A DNA stretch of 63,896 bases, filler included, from Octopus bimaculoides (Eukaryota), in assembly GCF_001194135.2 (NCBI RefSeq). It is 6 parts of 6 records of this genome, joined end to end, with 100 filler letters (N's around TTAATTAATTAA, not from the genome) between each part and the next. Parts side by side here need not be neighbours in the genome. Positions count along the whole stretch, not along the records: positions 20,420 to 28,639 come from NC_068984.1; positions 28,740 to 36,099 come from NC_068988.1; positions 36,200 to 38,585 come from NC_068989.1; 3 more parts are not named here. One strand, written 5' to 3'. Below the pieces are notes generated by a model. It was not told the DNA's origin, did no database searches, and was given only the letters and a program-made list of their open reading frames with translations. Both the position numbers and the translations under genes were made by a program. Shown piece after piece: positions 25,801-37,594 of the stretch (the stretch's first letter is position 1; every line of letters begins with the position of its first letter).

Positions 25801-26341
25801 TCTGTGTATGTATTATGTATACATTTCTACAGTTTTCAACCGATTTTCTCCAAACTTTACACACACATTACTTATGTACCAAGGATGGTCATGCACTATA
25901 ATTTTTTTGCCGAGAGCTCCTGCGTAAAGCGAGAAATCGGGCAAAAAGGTGTTTTACACAAGTTTTTCTCTAAAAATTGTAGTTTTCAACCGATTCTCTT
26001 CTTTTTCTCATTCTCTGTTTCTCTTGCTTCCATATATTCTCTTTCACCCTGTGTAATAGTTCCTCTCTTTCAGTCTATGTCTTCTTTTCGTCCTTCTTTC
26101 TTTCTTTCTTCTATCCTCCTTTCTTCCTTTCTTCTTTATTTCTCCTTCTCTCCTTTCTCTCCTTTCTTTCTTTATTTCTTCCTTCCTTCCATCCTTCTTT
26201 CTTTCTTTCTTTCTTTCTTTTTTTTTCTGTTCGACTAAAGGCAGTGCTCCAGCATGGCCACAGTCAAATGACTGAAACAAGTAAAAAACTTTAAAAAACT
26301 ATGCCATCTTAATCCCGAGCAACACCGGGTATCTCTGTTAG
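25801..26341 (+). mobile_element. Candidate non-autonomous Helitron with a nested CT-rich run and SINE end
   Basis: Starts TC; 3' hairpin CCCG-AGCAACAC-CGGG (26314-26329) lies 12 nt before TTAG|T, resembling a CTRR terminus with one mismatch; repeated TTTTCAACCGATT motif. Confidence 0.45.
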
Positions 26342-26532
26342 TGAGTAATGAGGATAAGGCCAAAACTACTGTATTACTGCCATAATTTTTACCTGGGTGA
26401 CCTGTGCAATACGTGCTCTTGCATTATCACGTAAGAGTGACAACCCTTTACGACTGACCAATGACGGATGCTATTTCTGAAATATGCTGGGACAAATATA
26501 AGCAATGATTATGCAACTTCATAATGAACTTG

Positions 26533-26829
26533 GGATCTATTTTAAAACGGGGGCGCCAGTTTTCATTTATGTTTTATGTAGTGTTTTTGGTACCGAAAGA
26601 CTTTCAAACTTCGTATACTTATCTATTTTGTGTTATAGAACAGAAAAAAAAATTTGTATTCGAATTTATTTCATNNNNNNNNNNCATGGAATAACTTGCG
26701 AATTCCTTTTTTTGTTTTGTTAAGAAGACTAAGAGTAAAAGATGTTTTATATGACAGATTCTACCAGTGTCCCAAGTTTCAAAGTGTTTCGTTAAGAAAA
26801 TACTGGTGCCCCCGTTTTAAAATAGATCC
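26533..26829. mobile_element. MITE with 28-bp TIRs and 8-bp TSD (Merlin-like)
   Basis: TIRs GGATCTATTTTAAAACGGGGGC(G/A)CCAGT at 26533-26560 and 26802-26829 (1 mismatch); TGAACTTG duplicated exactly at 26525-26532 and 26830-26837; contains a 10-N gap. Confidence 0.85.
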
Positions 26830-27875
26830 TGAACTTGAGGTCTGAAAGGATTTTCAGTCGAATGAATCGACCTCTGGAGTTTTCTTTTAAGCCTGATACT
26901 TACTCCATCAAAGGTAGGTTACGGATACGTAATAAACAACAAACATCGGTTGTCAAGCAGTGGTGAACGACAAACTCAGATACACAGACACACACAAACA
27001 CACATATATATATACATACACACACACATATGTATATATATATATATACACACACATATATATNNNNNNNNNNNNNNNNNNNNNNNNNNNNNNNNNNNNN
27101 NNNNNNNNNNNNNNNNNNNNNNNNNNNNNNNNNNNNNNNNNNNNNNNNNNNNNNNNNNNNNNNNNNNNNNNNNNNNNNNNNNNNNNNNNNNNNNNNNNNN
27201 NNNNNNNNNNNNNNNNNNNNNNNNNNNNNNNNNNNNNNNNNNNNNNNNNNNNNNNNNNNNNNNNNNNNNNNNNNNNNNNNNNNNNNNNNNNNNNNNNNNN
27301 NNNNNNNNNNNNNNNNNNNNNNNNNNNNNNNNNNNNNNNNNNNNNNNNNNNNNNNNNNNNNNNNNNNNNNNNNNNNNNNNNNNNNNNNNNNNNNNNNNNN
27401 NNNNNNNNNNNNNNNNNNNNNNNNNNNNNNNNNNNNNNNNNNNNNNNNNNNNNNNNNNNNNNNNNNNNNNNNNNNNNNNNNNNNNNNNNNNNNNNNNNNN
27501 NNNNNNNNNNNNNNNNNNNNNNNNNNNNNNNNNNNNNNNNNNNNNNNNNNNNNNNNNNNNNNNNNNNNNNNNNNNNNNNNNNNNNNNNNNNNNNNNNNNN
27601 NNNNNNNNNNNNNNNNNNNNNNNNNNNNNNNNNNNNNNNNNNNNNNNNNNNNNNNNNNNNNNNNNNNNNNNNNNNNNNNNNNNNNNNNNNNNNNNNNNNN
27701 NNNNNNNNNNNNNNNNNNNNNNNNNNNNNNNNNNNNNNNNNNNNNNNNNNNNNNNNNNNNNNNNNNNNNNNNNNNNNNNNNNNNNNNNNNNNNNNNNNNN
27801 NNNNNNNNNNNNNNNNNNNNNNNNNNNNNNNNNNNNNNNNNNNNNNNNNNNNNNNNNNNNNNNNNNNNGCTCACA

Positions 27876-27919
<44 letters not shown>

Positions 27920-28795
27920 CACACACACGCACGCACACACACACACGATTTCTTTAAAACTTTCAGAATCCTCATTGCGATTATTTTCTATGTGTTACGT
28001 TATAAGATGTCTCTTGAAATATCGGTTAAAGTTTCTATACAGAAATAAACACTATTGAATGTTATTTATAACAAAATTTAGAATAGTAATCATTATCTTT
28101 TAAGTTATGTATATAAATATTCATACCTAGTTAAAGCGAAAGAGTTATTTCCCTTCAAATTGAATTTAAACATTCAAAAGTTTGACAACACAAAGGCTGC
28201 AAGTGTGTTGTGTCGAAAGAAACCACAAGTAAACTATTTGATTATGTTTACTTTAATTATCAGTATATATATATATATATGTGCAGGTTAGTAAGTGTCT
28301 ATGTCTCAACGTGTATATGCCAATGTGAAGGATAGAGCTATTTTTTTTTCTAAAACAAATGATTGCACACAAATTACATACGTGCGTGCGTACACACACA
28401 TATACGCAAGCTCACCTACATACATGCACACGGACAGACGCACACAAACACATACACTCTTATACACATGGACAGATGCATATACATACAATCATACATA
28501 CATGCATGCATGCATACATACATACATACATACATACATAGATTACATACATACGTACATACATGTGTATGTGTGGGTGTATGTATGTATGAATGTATGT
28601 ATGAATGTATGTGTGTGTGTATTGATATATATATATATANNNNNNNNNNNNNNNNNNNNNNNNNNNNNNNNNNNNNNNNNNNNTTAATTAATTAANNNNN
28701 NNNNNNNNNNNNNNNNNNNNNNNNNNNNNNNNNNNNNNNCTCCAAGAAGCCATCGCCTCTAGCTAGCTATGTGACACACGAAACCTGTGTCCTTT

Positions 28796-28937
28796 ATAAC
28801 CTTCGAACAGGGGAGGTCAGCAGTGTCCCCCTGCTGGTTTGGCATCTGCAGACTAGTTTCAGGGTGTTGCCCCTTGTCAATGCAGAGCAGCCAAGCCCTA
28901 GCCAGGCGGCGCTGCTGACTATCTGCTCGAAGGTTAT
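28796..28937. mobile_element. Small foldback or MITE-like element
   Basis: Left ATAACCTTCGAACAG..GTCAGCAGTG versus right-end reverse complement ATAACCTTCGAGCAG..GTCAGCAGCG. Confidence 0.5.
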
Positions 28938-29575
28938 TTATCTAATTTCAGTGGAATCTATATATACATGTATATATATATATATATACACATGCACATA
29001 CACACACACGCACACACACACGCACACTCAAACACATACACATTAAATCACACCCACGCTCAAACACATACATACGTGTCACTAATGTTCCGTTCTTCAG
29101 AAAATATTCTTTCATGTTGTCTTAAGAGTTAAGAATTGAAAGAAATACCGGCAACACCATATCAGTCATTTCTCGACTTTGATTATCCACAAGATATCCA
29201 CAAGATTATCCAGAAGATTATCCACAAGATAGCCCGTTACAATCTAGTATTTTTTTAATGGCTAGTTTCTGTATGTATAGTTTTAGACAGGAAGGGATAT
29301 CTTCATGCAAATCTTAGTGGTCTGATACTCCTTGTCGACAGAATCCAATTCCAAGGCTAGCTGTTGCTATTTTTTTCCGTTGATATTTAGTAAATCAATG
29401 GGGAATCACAAAACAATTAAATTAAAAAAAGAACTGGGACCGAACACGCCAACTGTGGTTGCTATACATGAAGGATTTACAAACCATACCGAATACTTGG
29501 ATACGTGTTGTACGGTTAAAAAAATATATACATCTTGCAATTAGCTATTTGGTAAAATTAAGACATTGTAATTTT

Positions 29576-29609
<34 letters not shown>

Positions 29610-29616
29610 CACACAT

Positions 29617-29652
<36 letters not shown>

Positions 29653-29653
29653 G

Positions 29654-29701
<48 letters not shown>

Positions 29702-29712
29702 NNNNNNNNNNN

Positions 29713-29774
<62 letters not shown>

Positions 29775-30814
29775 AAGAGACAGAGAGAAAGAGAGTGTGA
29801 ATGGAATATGAAATAAATATTGCATACAAATAACCAAACAATTTATTCTTTTTTTTAAATAACAACTCATCGCAAAATAAAATAGATTTTTAGTCAGAGA
29901 ATTTTCGTTTAGACTGAATGAATAACTGCCTAAAAGGTAATAGAAACAGAAGCTCATTAGATTTTAGTGTGTGCAAACAATTCCCTGTCAAAAATACTAA
30001 ACTGAATAAACAAAGAAAAAAAATAGAATGTATTTTATTCAATGCAAACATTTTAGTAATGATACAAAACAATAATATGCAACAAGTTTCCTTTTCCTAT
30101 GCACTCTAAGTGTTTTTGAAATAAAGAAGGCAAATGCAGTGTATTTTCTGTCTTTTTCTGTTGTTTTCTTGAAGGTAAGCGGATCTGAAATTTTACAATT
30201 CTAATGAACTTTAGTTGAACTTTAGAATTTTCGGAATGAAATAAAAACAATAGGAGACATTTCCACGCACTTATAGAATGCACATTCCTACTCGCATGCA
30301 TGTGAATGCAATGCATACATGTATACGCGCTCTTGCACACATTATTCATCACACATTACGCAAAGAAAGACACGGAACGCACAAACACATTTTTAAATAC
30401 TGAAACAGAAATGAACCACCAACACGAAGGACATACTTAAGAAATGGTAACAGATTATCGAAACACAGCAATGTTATATTAATCATACAAGCATGCACAT
30501 AGCATATAATTCGAGAATACTGGAACCTAATGCATTTTGTGAAATATTCTGGAATCTTGACATTCAAATATTTCAATATGCATCGAAATTCATACAGCAT
30601 GCAATCTCAAAACAAATAAATTTATGCACAATTAAGTTACAAATTCTCACAATCAAACATTTACAAATACAGATATATAAAAGAATATCTGTAAACAGTC
30701 ACCTAACATATGCACCAACTCATCTGTTGAAAAACTCATGTTTGTGCAATGAAGTAAACACTTTCATGGGTTGAAGAATTTGCCGGTATTTAAGTATATG
30801 GTTAATTTTTGAGG

Positions 30815-30880
30815 ATTATGCTGTATATTGTTGTTGGCACTCCGTCGCTTACGGCGTCGAGGGATCCAGTTGATCCAGTT
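30815..30880 (-). mobile_element. SINE 3' tail fragment abutting a LINE remnant
   Basis: TTGTTGGCACTCCGTCGCTTACGGCGTCGAGGGATCCAGTTGATCC; its reverse complement GGATCAACTGG resembles the family C 3' end at about 5225-5255; the rest is recognised from memory of the family. Confidence 0.5.
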
Positions 30881-30884
30881 GATC

Positions 30885-31683
30885 CTCTTGAAATGAGGAT
30901 TCATGGACAGTTTGAAAGGAATACACAAGACATTAAAGACAATAAAGCATCGTGGACATGGCTTGAGCATACTACTGAAAGCCGGATTATTGTGCACAAT
31001 ATCAGGCTCTCGCTACCAATTCAGTGAAGTATAACGTCTATAAAACGTCTGACACACAGAAATGCAGACTCTGTGAAAAGTGTGTGGAAAATGTGTAATG
31101 GGATGTGAGAGACTTACACAAAAAGAGTACAAGCGCCACCACGATAAAGTATGTGTGTATCTTCATTGGCTCTTTTGCCGTAAATACTAATATCAGAGAA
31201 GAATGTACCAAGTAAAGTTAAACAGGAGGATGTAAAAGTAACGATACTCTGTCATTATGATTTTCAGACGGATCATGCAATCGAACACCGTCTGCCGGAT
31301 ATTGTCATATTTAATAAGAGAGAGAAATACTGTCAGATCATTGATGTAGTCATACCAAATGACATGAATGTTGTGCGTAAAGAGGTTGAAAATCACCAAG
31401 TACTCCGAATTGAAAGTGGGAATGGCAAGACTGTATGGAATGCGAGAGGGTAATGTAAAGGTGATACCAGTGGTGACCGGAGCGTTGGGCTCAATCCCAT
31501 TGAAACTTCAAAACTTCTAAAGGCAACTGGAAAACCCATGCAAGGTTGATGTCTTGCAGAAAGCAGCCTTATTGGGCACAGCGCACATCTTAATGAAAGT
31601 ATTATCTATCTGAGGTCCTTGTTGTAACTTGACAGATGACTAAATACTCCGGTGCATTTTTACCTACATTGTGTAACAAATGA

Positions 31684-31730
<47 letters not shown>
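30885..31730 (+). mobile_element. R4/Dong-like retrotransposon 3' portion (CCHC region plus RLE endonuclease), decayed
   Basis: HGQFER..SWTWL, KCRLCEK, EYKRHHDKV..LHW, TDHAIEHRLPDIVIF..YCQIIDVVIPND and QKAALLGTAHILMKVLSI* (stop 31611-31613), then a short UTR and (TAA)n. Confidence 0.85.
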
Positions 31731-31732
<2 letters not shown>

Positions 31733-31778
31733 CAAATGAGTAATAATAATAATAATAATTATAATAATAATAATGATG

Positions 31779-31853
<75 letters not shown>

Positions 31854-31890
31854 TTAATGATGATAATAATAATAATAATAATAATAATAA
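31685..31890. repeat. (TAA)n array
   Basis: Seen directly; tail of the upstream element and possible target of the next. Confidence 0.95.
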
Positions 31891-32615
31891 GAGAGTATTT
31901 TATTTTGCCTATCAGTTACCTTAACTCTTTCANNNNNNNNNNNNNNNNNNNNNNNNNNNNNNNNNNNNNNNNNNNNNNNNNNNNNNNNNNNNNNNNNNNN
32001 NNNNNNNNNNNNNNNNNNNNNNNNNNNNNNNNNNNNNNNNNNNNNNNNNNNNNNNNNNNNNNNNNNNNNNNNNNNNNNNNNNNNNNNNNNNNNNNNNNNN
32101 NNNNNNNNNNNNNNNNNNNNNNNNNNNNNNNNNNNNNNNNNNNNNNNNNNNNNNNNNNNNNNNNNNNNNNNNNNNNNNNNNNNNNNNNNNNNNNNNNNNN
32201 NNNNNNNNNNNNNNNNNNNNNNNNNNNNNNNNNNNNNNNNNNNNNNNNNNNNNNNNNNNNNNNNNNNNNNNNNNNNNNNNNNNNNNNNNNNNNNNNNNNN
32301 NNNNNNNNNNNNNNNNNNNNNNNNNNNNNNNNNNNNNNNNNNNNNNNNNNNNNNNNNNNNNNNNNNNNNNNNNNNNNNNNNNNNNNNNNNNNNNNNNNNN
32401 NNNNNNNNNNNNNNNNNNNNNNNNNNNNNNNNNNNNNNNNNNNNNNNNNNNNNNNNNNNNNNNNNNNNNNNNNNNNNNNNNNNNNNNNNNNNNNNNNNNN
32501 NNNNNNNNNNNNNNNNNNNNNNNNNNNNNNNNNNNNNNNNNNNNNNNNNNNNNNNNNNNNNNNNNNNNNNNNNNNNNNNNNNNNNNNNNNNNNNNNNNNN
32601 NNNNNNNNNNNNNNN

Positions 32616-33327
32616 CCTACAGAGTATCTCAACAGGCATGATAGAGCTGCACAATATATTCACTGGGTAATATGCAAAAACCTGGACTTGCCCCATGATA
32701 AAAACTGGTGGGAACACAAACCACCCCCAGTACTTGAAAATGATCACATTGCACTCCTCTGGAACTTCACCATTCAAACTGACAGAAAGATAGACGCAAA
32801 TAGGCCAGACATCATACTGAATGACTTCAGACAAAAAGCATGCCTCCTCATTGATATGACTGTCCCAATCGATATAAACGTATCTGTCAAGACCTACCAA
32901 AAACTGAGCAAATATAAAGATCTTGAAATAGAAATTAGCAAAATGTGGAATCTGAAGACGAAAACAATACCTATTGGCATAGGTGTCCTGGGAATGACAG
33001 CGAAACGGGCTAATTACTACCTAGATCAGATACCAGGAAACCCCAAAATGGCTGAAGTTCAAAAGATAGTGCTCATGGGAACTGCCCATATCCTACGTAA
33101 AATACTGTCTATGTGATCTCAAATTTTAAAGCAAACACATAATGTTCTTATGGTTTCTTAAACATTCACTTGAACAAAACTGTACAAATCCAAATATATG
33201 GTACCCTAGGCATAACACCTACATGAACTTCTAACTTGTTGTCTCTTGAGGTCTCTGGGTGAGACTTGGATCCAACTTGTACAAATGCAAAACAAAAGTC
33301 AAACATAAAATAATAATAATAATAATG
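32616..33327 (+). mobile_element. R4/Dong-like retrotransposon 3' end with an uninterrupted 166-codon RLE endonuclease frame
   Basis: PTEYLNRHDRAAQYIHW...LLWNFTIQTDRKIDANRPDIIL...CLLIDMTVP...KLSKYKDLEIE...GTAHILRKILSM* (stop 33114-33116), with the PD-(D/E)xK-type RPD motif; 3' UTR then (TAA)n; the 5' part lies in the gap. Confidence 0.92.
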
Positions 33328-33544
33328 GAAATATACAACCTTCATAAATACGAGATAGGTCGACTGTAGAAGATGATGAAAGCGAAGACAGTGCCAATCA
33401 TTTTTGGGTCCTTGGGGACAGTATCAGAAGGCATCAGTAGGAAAGCAAACAAAATAGGAATAGCGTACTCAGTAGGACTGTTACAAAAGTTTTGTCTCCA
33501 TGGTACAGCCAGAGTCATCAGTATTAGGTAGTTGAAAAGAACAG

Positions 33545-34248
33545 ATAGCATGGAAACATAGGCAGGTAGCATGTCTCTACGCATACAATCAAAAGGCGAA
33601 TTGGGCAAGCATCCTGCACATTTTCCAGGCTCACAAAGAGAACTTGGAAAAAAAAACTGCTGCAAACACCAAAATTGCTGTGTGTAAAGGGTGCGTCCTT
33701 AGTACGCTACGGTATGGTAGTGAGACGTGGAGCCTCTACTTTAGACGGAGCGGCGTCTCAACGTGTTTCACCTTCGCAACCTAAGACGCATCTTGGACAT
33801 CAAGTGAACATCCCCAACACCGAAGTCTTCAACTAAGTTATGATACCCAGCATACATATCTTGCTCCAGCGGCGTCGTTTGCACTGGTTCGGACATGTTT
33901 AGCGCAAGCCAGACAGAAAGATCCCAAAAGACCTCTTGTATGGGGAATGTGGGTAACGGCACAAGAACACAAGGACGACTTCATCTTCGTTTCAAAGATG
34001 TCTGTATGAGAGATATGAAGTCGCATGATCTGGACTTCCTGAGATGGGAGGAGCTTGCAAATGTTTGCCCACACTGGAGGTAAGGGAAAATTGGCAGCAC
34101 CGACAGAGAGCCCCGTCAAGTGCAGTCGATGTATGCGTGACTGCCACTCCCGTGTGTGCCTGTATAGCCAGACAGACGCTGCACCACTATCAGCAGCTGA
34201 CACACTTCTTTGGGCGCAGATCCATGGCTTCTCGAGACCGACGGATGC

Positions 34249-34310
<62 letters not shown>
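33545..34310 (+). mobile_element. RTE-clade (BovB-like) LINE 3' remnant with (TAC)n tail
   Basis: TKIAVCKGCVLSTLRYGSETWSLY, RLNVFHLRNLRRILDIK, RRRLHWFGHV..PDRKIPKDLLYGE and LRFKDVCMRDMK; (TAC)n at about 34249-34310. Confidence 0.9.
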
Positions 34311-34311
<1 letters not shown>

Positions 34312-34511
34312 ATGATAGTAATAAAAATAATAATAATAATATGGCCTCATGCTGTACACGGTAGTGGTGCTCATGGTTTTTGATCGTAACTGATTGGAAG
34401 TGTTATCATATACATTGTTTTGTTTCGGACCATCATAACCATGTGCTGAGGGGAATTACTTTGGGTTTGAACAGCTGACACTCCAGCGTTAGAAGCTGCG
34501 CAAAGGCAATA

Positions 34512-34668
<157 letters not shown>

Positions 34669-35038
34669 TGGTGACGTCGGTGATAACGAGAACAAGGTGG
34701 ATCAGAAGACTCACGATCATGTTAATGTTCCTGTTAATTAAATAATTACGACAGTAGAGCGTATGGTGGTATCGAAAGTGACAATGTAATCACAGTATAG
34801 AAGATTGAGTACCATTGTCCTCGAGGACATTCATCAAAATCATGAATGAGTATCACGTGGAGAAATTTCGCAAAATCTTATCAAGTCTGTATTATGTATT
34901 TACGCAGGACATACATATATACATTCATATATATGTACGTACATACACACACACATACCTAAACAGACAAAAATAACACGCACACACGTAGATATATTTG
35001 CATTTACATATGTGTGAGTGATTGTTTCCATACATACA

Positions 35039-35102
<64 letters not shown>

Positions 35103-36049
35103 TATATTATAAAGAAATATATTTTCCCTCACCGCTACATATTGACTGTGCTCTCATCTCTTTACAAGTAACCATAAATCGACGGTACAGACTGTATGTA
35201 TGTGAACATATACATACATGCACACATACACATACACGTATATAATTATACATATACATATATACATATACACATACAGGCATACATCCCCCACGCATAC
35301 ATACATACATACATGCTTGCATGCATCGTAGTAACTTCGGCGTGTGAGATTATAGAATGTCAACTCTTGTCTGTTGCTTGTCCAATGCTTAGCTCTAATG
35401 TAAGTAAACTGATTGGCAGTGCAACAACAGTTTGCTTTCTGCTGTCACATACGCATCCTGTCACCTGTCTTCTTCAATTGATATACCGTCTGCTATATAA
35501 CTATGTTGCACATTATATATTTCGAATCACTTTTTAGGCAATTCTTATCAATGAAGGAGATATCTATCATGGATTTTATTTAGCTCGGTAAGTTATAGTC
35601 GTTTTGGTGGTAGCAGTTTTGTCGCGCATCCTTAGAGGCGTCTTTTGCGCGAAGATTGGGGGTAAACAAAATGGTAGCCTTAACTATATTGTGTAATATC
35701 TTATAACACACTTTTCGTTGTGTCTCCTTATATTTAGGACGTTATACTGTACTAAAAAAAAGTATATGTAATGCTTCAATTTAATGTAACTTCATCTTTT
35801 ATATAACTCGATCTGATACGAAGCATTCATACGAAACACAAACACACACGCGCATATACGCATACACAAACTCAGGCACGCACACATACACACACATATA
35901 CAGGTGACCACATAAGTGCAATACGAGGTGGAAAAGATTGTTCTCGACTACAAAACTAAGAGTAATATGCTTTTTAATAAACCTGGAAAATTATCACTCA
36001 AAAATTGTGTGACAATTTTGAAGCTTTAAAACACACACACACACACACA

Positions 36050-36092
<43 letters not shown>

Positions 36093-36199
36093 ACACACAN
36101 NNNNNNNNNNNNNNNNNNNNNNNNNNNNNNNNNNNNNNNNNNNTTAATTAATTAANNNNNNNNNNNNNNNNNNNNNNNNNNNNNNNNNNNNNNNNNNNN

Positions 36200-36340
36200 C
36201 CACCATCCCCTGGCGGAGCCTCGTGGAGCTTTAGGTGTTTTTGCTCAATAAACACTCACAACTCCCGGTTTGGGAATCGAAACCGCGATCCTATGACCGC
36301 GAGTCCGCTGCCCTAACCGCTGGGCCATTGCGCCTCCACA
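36200..36340 (-). mobile_element. tRNA-derived SINE head (family B)
   Basis: Minus strand GTGGAGGCGCAATGGCCCAGCGGTTAGGGCAGCGGACTCGCGGTCATAGGATCGCGGTTTCGATTCCC; near-identical to 41100-41187. Confidence 0.85.
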
Positions 36341-36469
36341 TAATACATACATACATGCATGCATACATACATACATGCATACATACATACATTCACACAT
36401 ACATACATACATACATACATACATACATACATACATACATACATACATACTTATACAAGAAGTGAGGTA

Positions 36470-36513
36470 ACAATGACTTCGAAGTTTCGATTTCATAGCC
36501 TTCGTCGGATTGT
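36470..36513 (-). ncRNA. Minimal type I hammerhead-ribozyme-like motif (Penelope-type), variant core
   Basis: Minus strand ACAAT-CCGACGA-AGGCTATGAAATC-GAAAC-TTCGAA-GTC-ATTGT: 5-bp stem I, palindromic stem III and GUC triplet; stem II decayed; C at core position 4. Confidence 0.5.
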
Positions 36514-36844
36514 CGAAGCAGGCCGAAACTTCTACGTCGCTGCCATCCCGCCATCTTGTAAAAATGTAATGAATATCTACTCTACAAAGAGTTTTGAATA
36601 ATTCTTCGAGCAAATGCTTTATAAGCTGTCTGTGAAAAAACCCCCAAAAAAACAAAAAAACAAGTTAAACCTGGCTAAGTAAATTTACCTGTGGTAGATG
36701 TAGAAATCCACGTAAACCGAATTATAACAAACCGTCACCGGTTCAATTTGTAAGTCCAAAGTTTAATCAGTAAGTTAATTGGTAGGGTGTTACAGAGTAT
36801 CATAGAGAAAAACACAATGATAATGAATATTTAAATATTCTATT

Positions 36845-37297
36845 TCTTATTTCTGTATTGCCCACAAGGGGCTAAACATAGAGGGGACAAGCAAGGGCAG
36901 ACAAAGGGATTAAGTCGATTACATCGACCCCAGTGCGTAACTGTTACTTAATCTATCGACCTCGAAAGGATGAAAGGCAAAGTCGACCTCGGCAGAATTT
37001 GAACTCAGAACGTAACGGCAGACGAAATACCGCTAAGCATTTCGCCCGGCGTGCTAACGTTTCTTATTTCTTTAGTGCCCACAAGAGGCTACACATAGAG
37101 GGAACAAAAAAGGACAGACAAAGGGATTAAGTCGATTACATCGACCCCAGTGTGTAACTGGTACTTAATTTATCGACTCCGAAAGGATGAAAGGCAAAGT
37201 CGACCTCGGCGGAATTTGAACTTAGAACGTAGCGGCAGACGAAATACCGCTAAGCATTTCGCGCGCCGTACTAACGATTCTGCCAGCTCGCCGCCTT
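36845..37297 (-). mobile_element. Two head-to-tail SINE family A copies
   Basis: Copies at about 36845-37060 and 37060-37297, both well preserved. Confidence 0.9.
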
Positions 37298-37328
37298 ATA
37301 AATAAATATTTTATTTCTGCTTGCACAA

Positions 37329-37594
37329 GTTTCCGATAAAATCGGAGAATCATGGTTCCTTAATGTAATAATCGCGTCTGTTAATCGATCCCATAATTGA
37401 TCTATTCAACAACGTAAAGGACAGACTTATTCCTATTATCTTCTTCAGGGTTTAACCACACTGGTTGTTGACCAATGTGTTGTAAGTAGGAACTAGGTCA
37501 GTTGTTTTAAGCATGTATTTAACCATTACTTTACCACCTCGAAAGAAGTGGGGATTGATGTAGGGAACTATGACTCTCCGCTTTTATCGGAAAC
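37329..37594. mobile_element. MITE-like element with 34-bp imperfect TIRs
   Basis: Left GTTTCCGATAAAATCGGAGAATCATGGTTCCTTA versus right-end reverse complement GTTTCCGATAAAAGCGGAGAGTCATAGTTCCCTA (4 mismatches); no clean TSD. Confidence 0.7.

Noticed and set aside
29181-29230. Tandem 11-12-mers containing TTATCCACA (bacterial DnaA box) at 29183 and 29218
   Set aside because: Eukaryotic repeat context with no bacterial genes nearby; a simple local tandem duplication.
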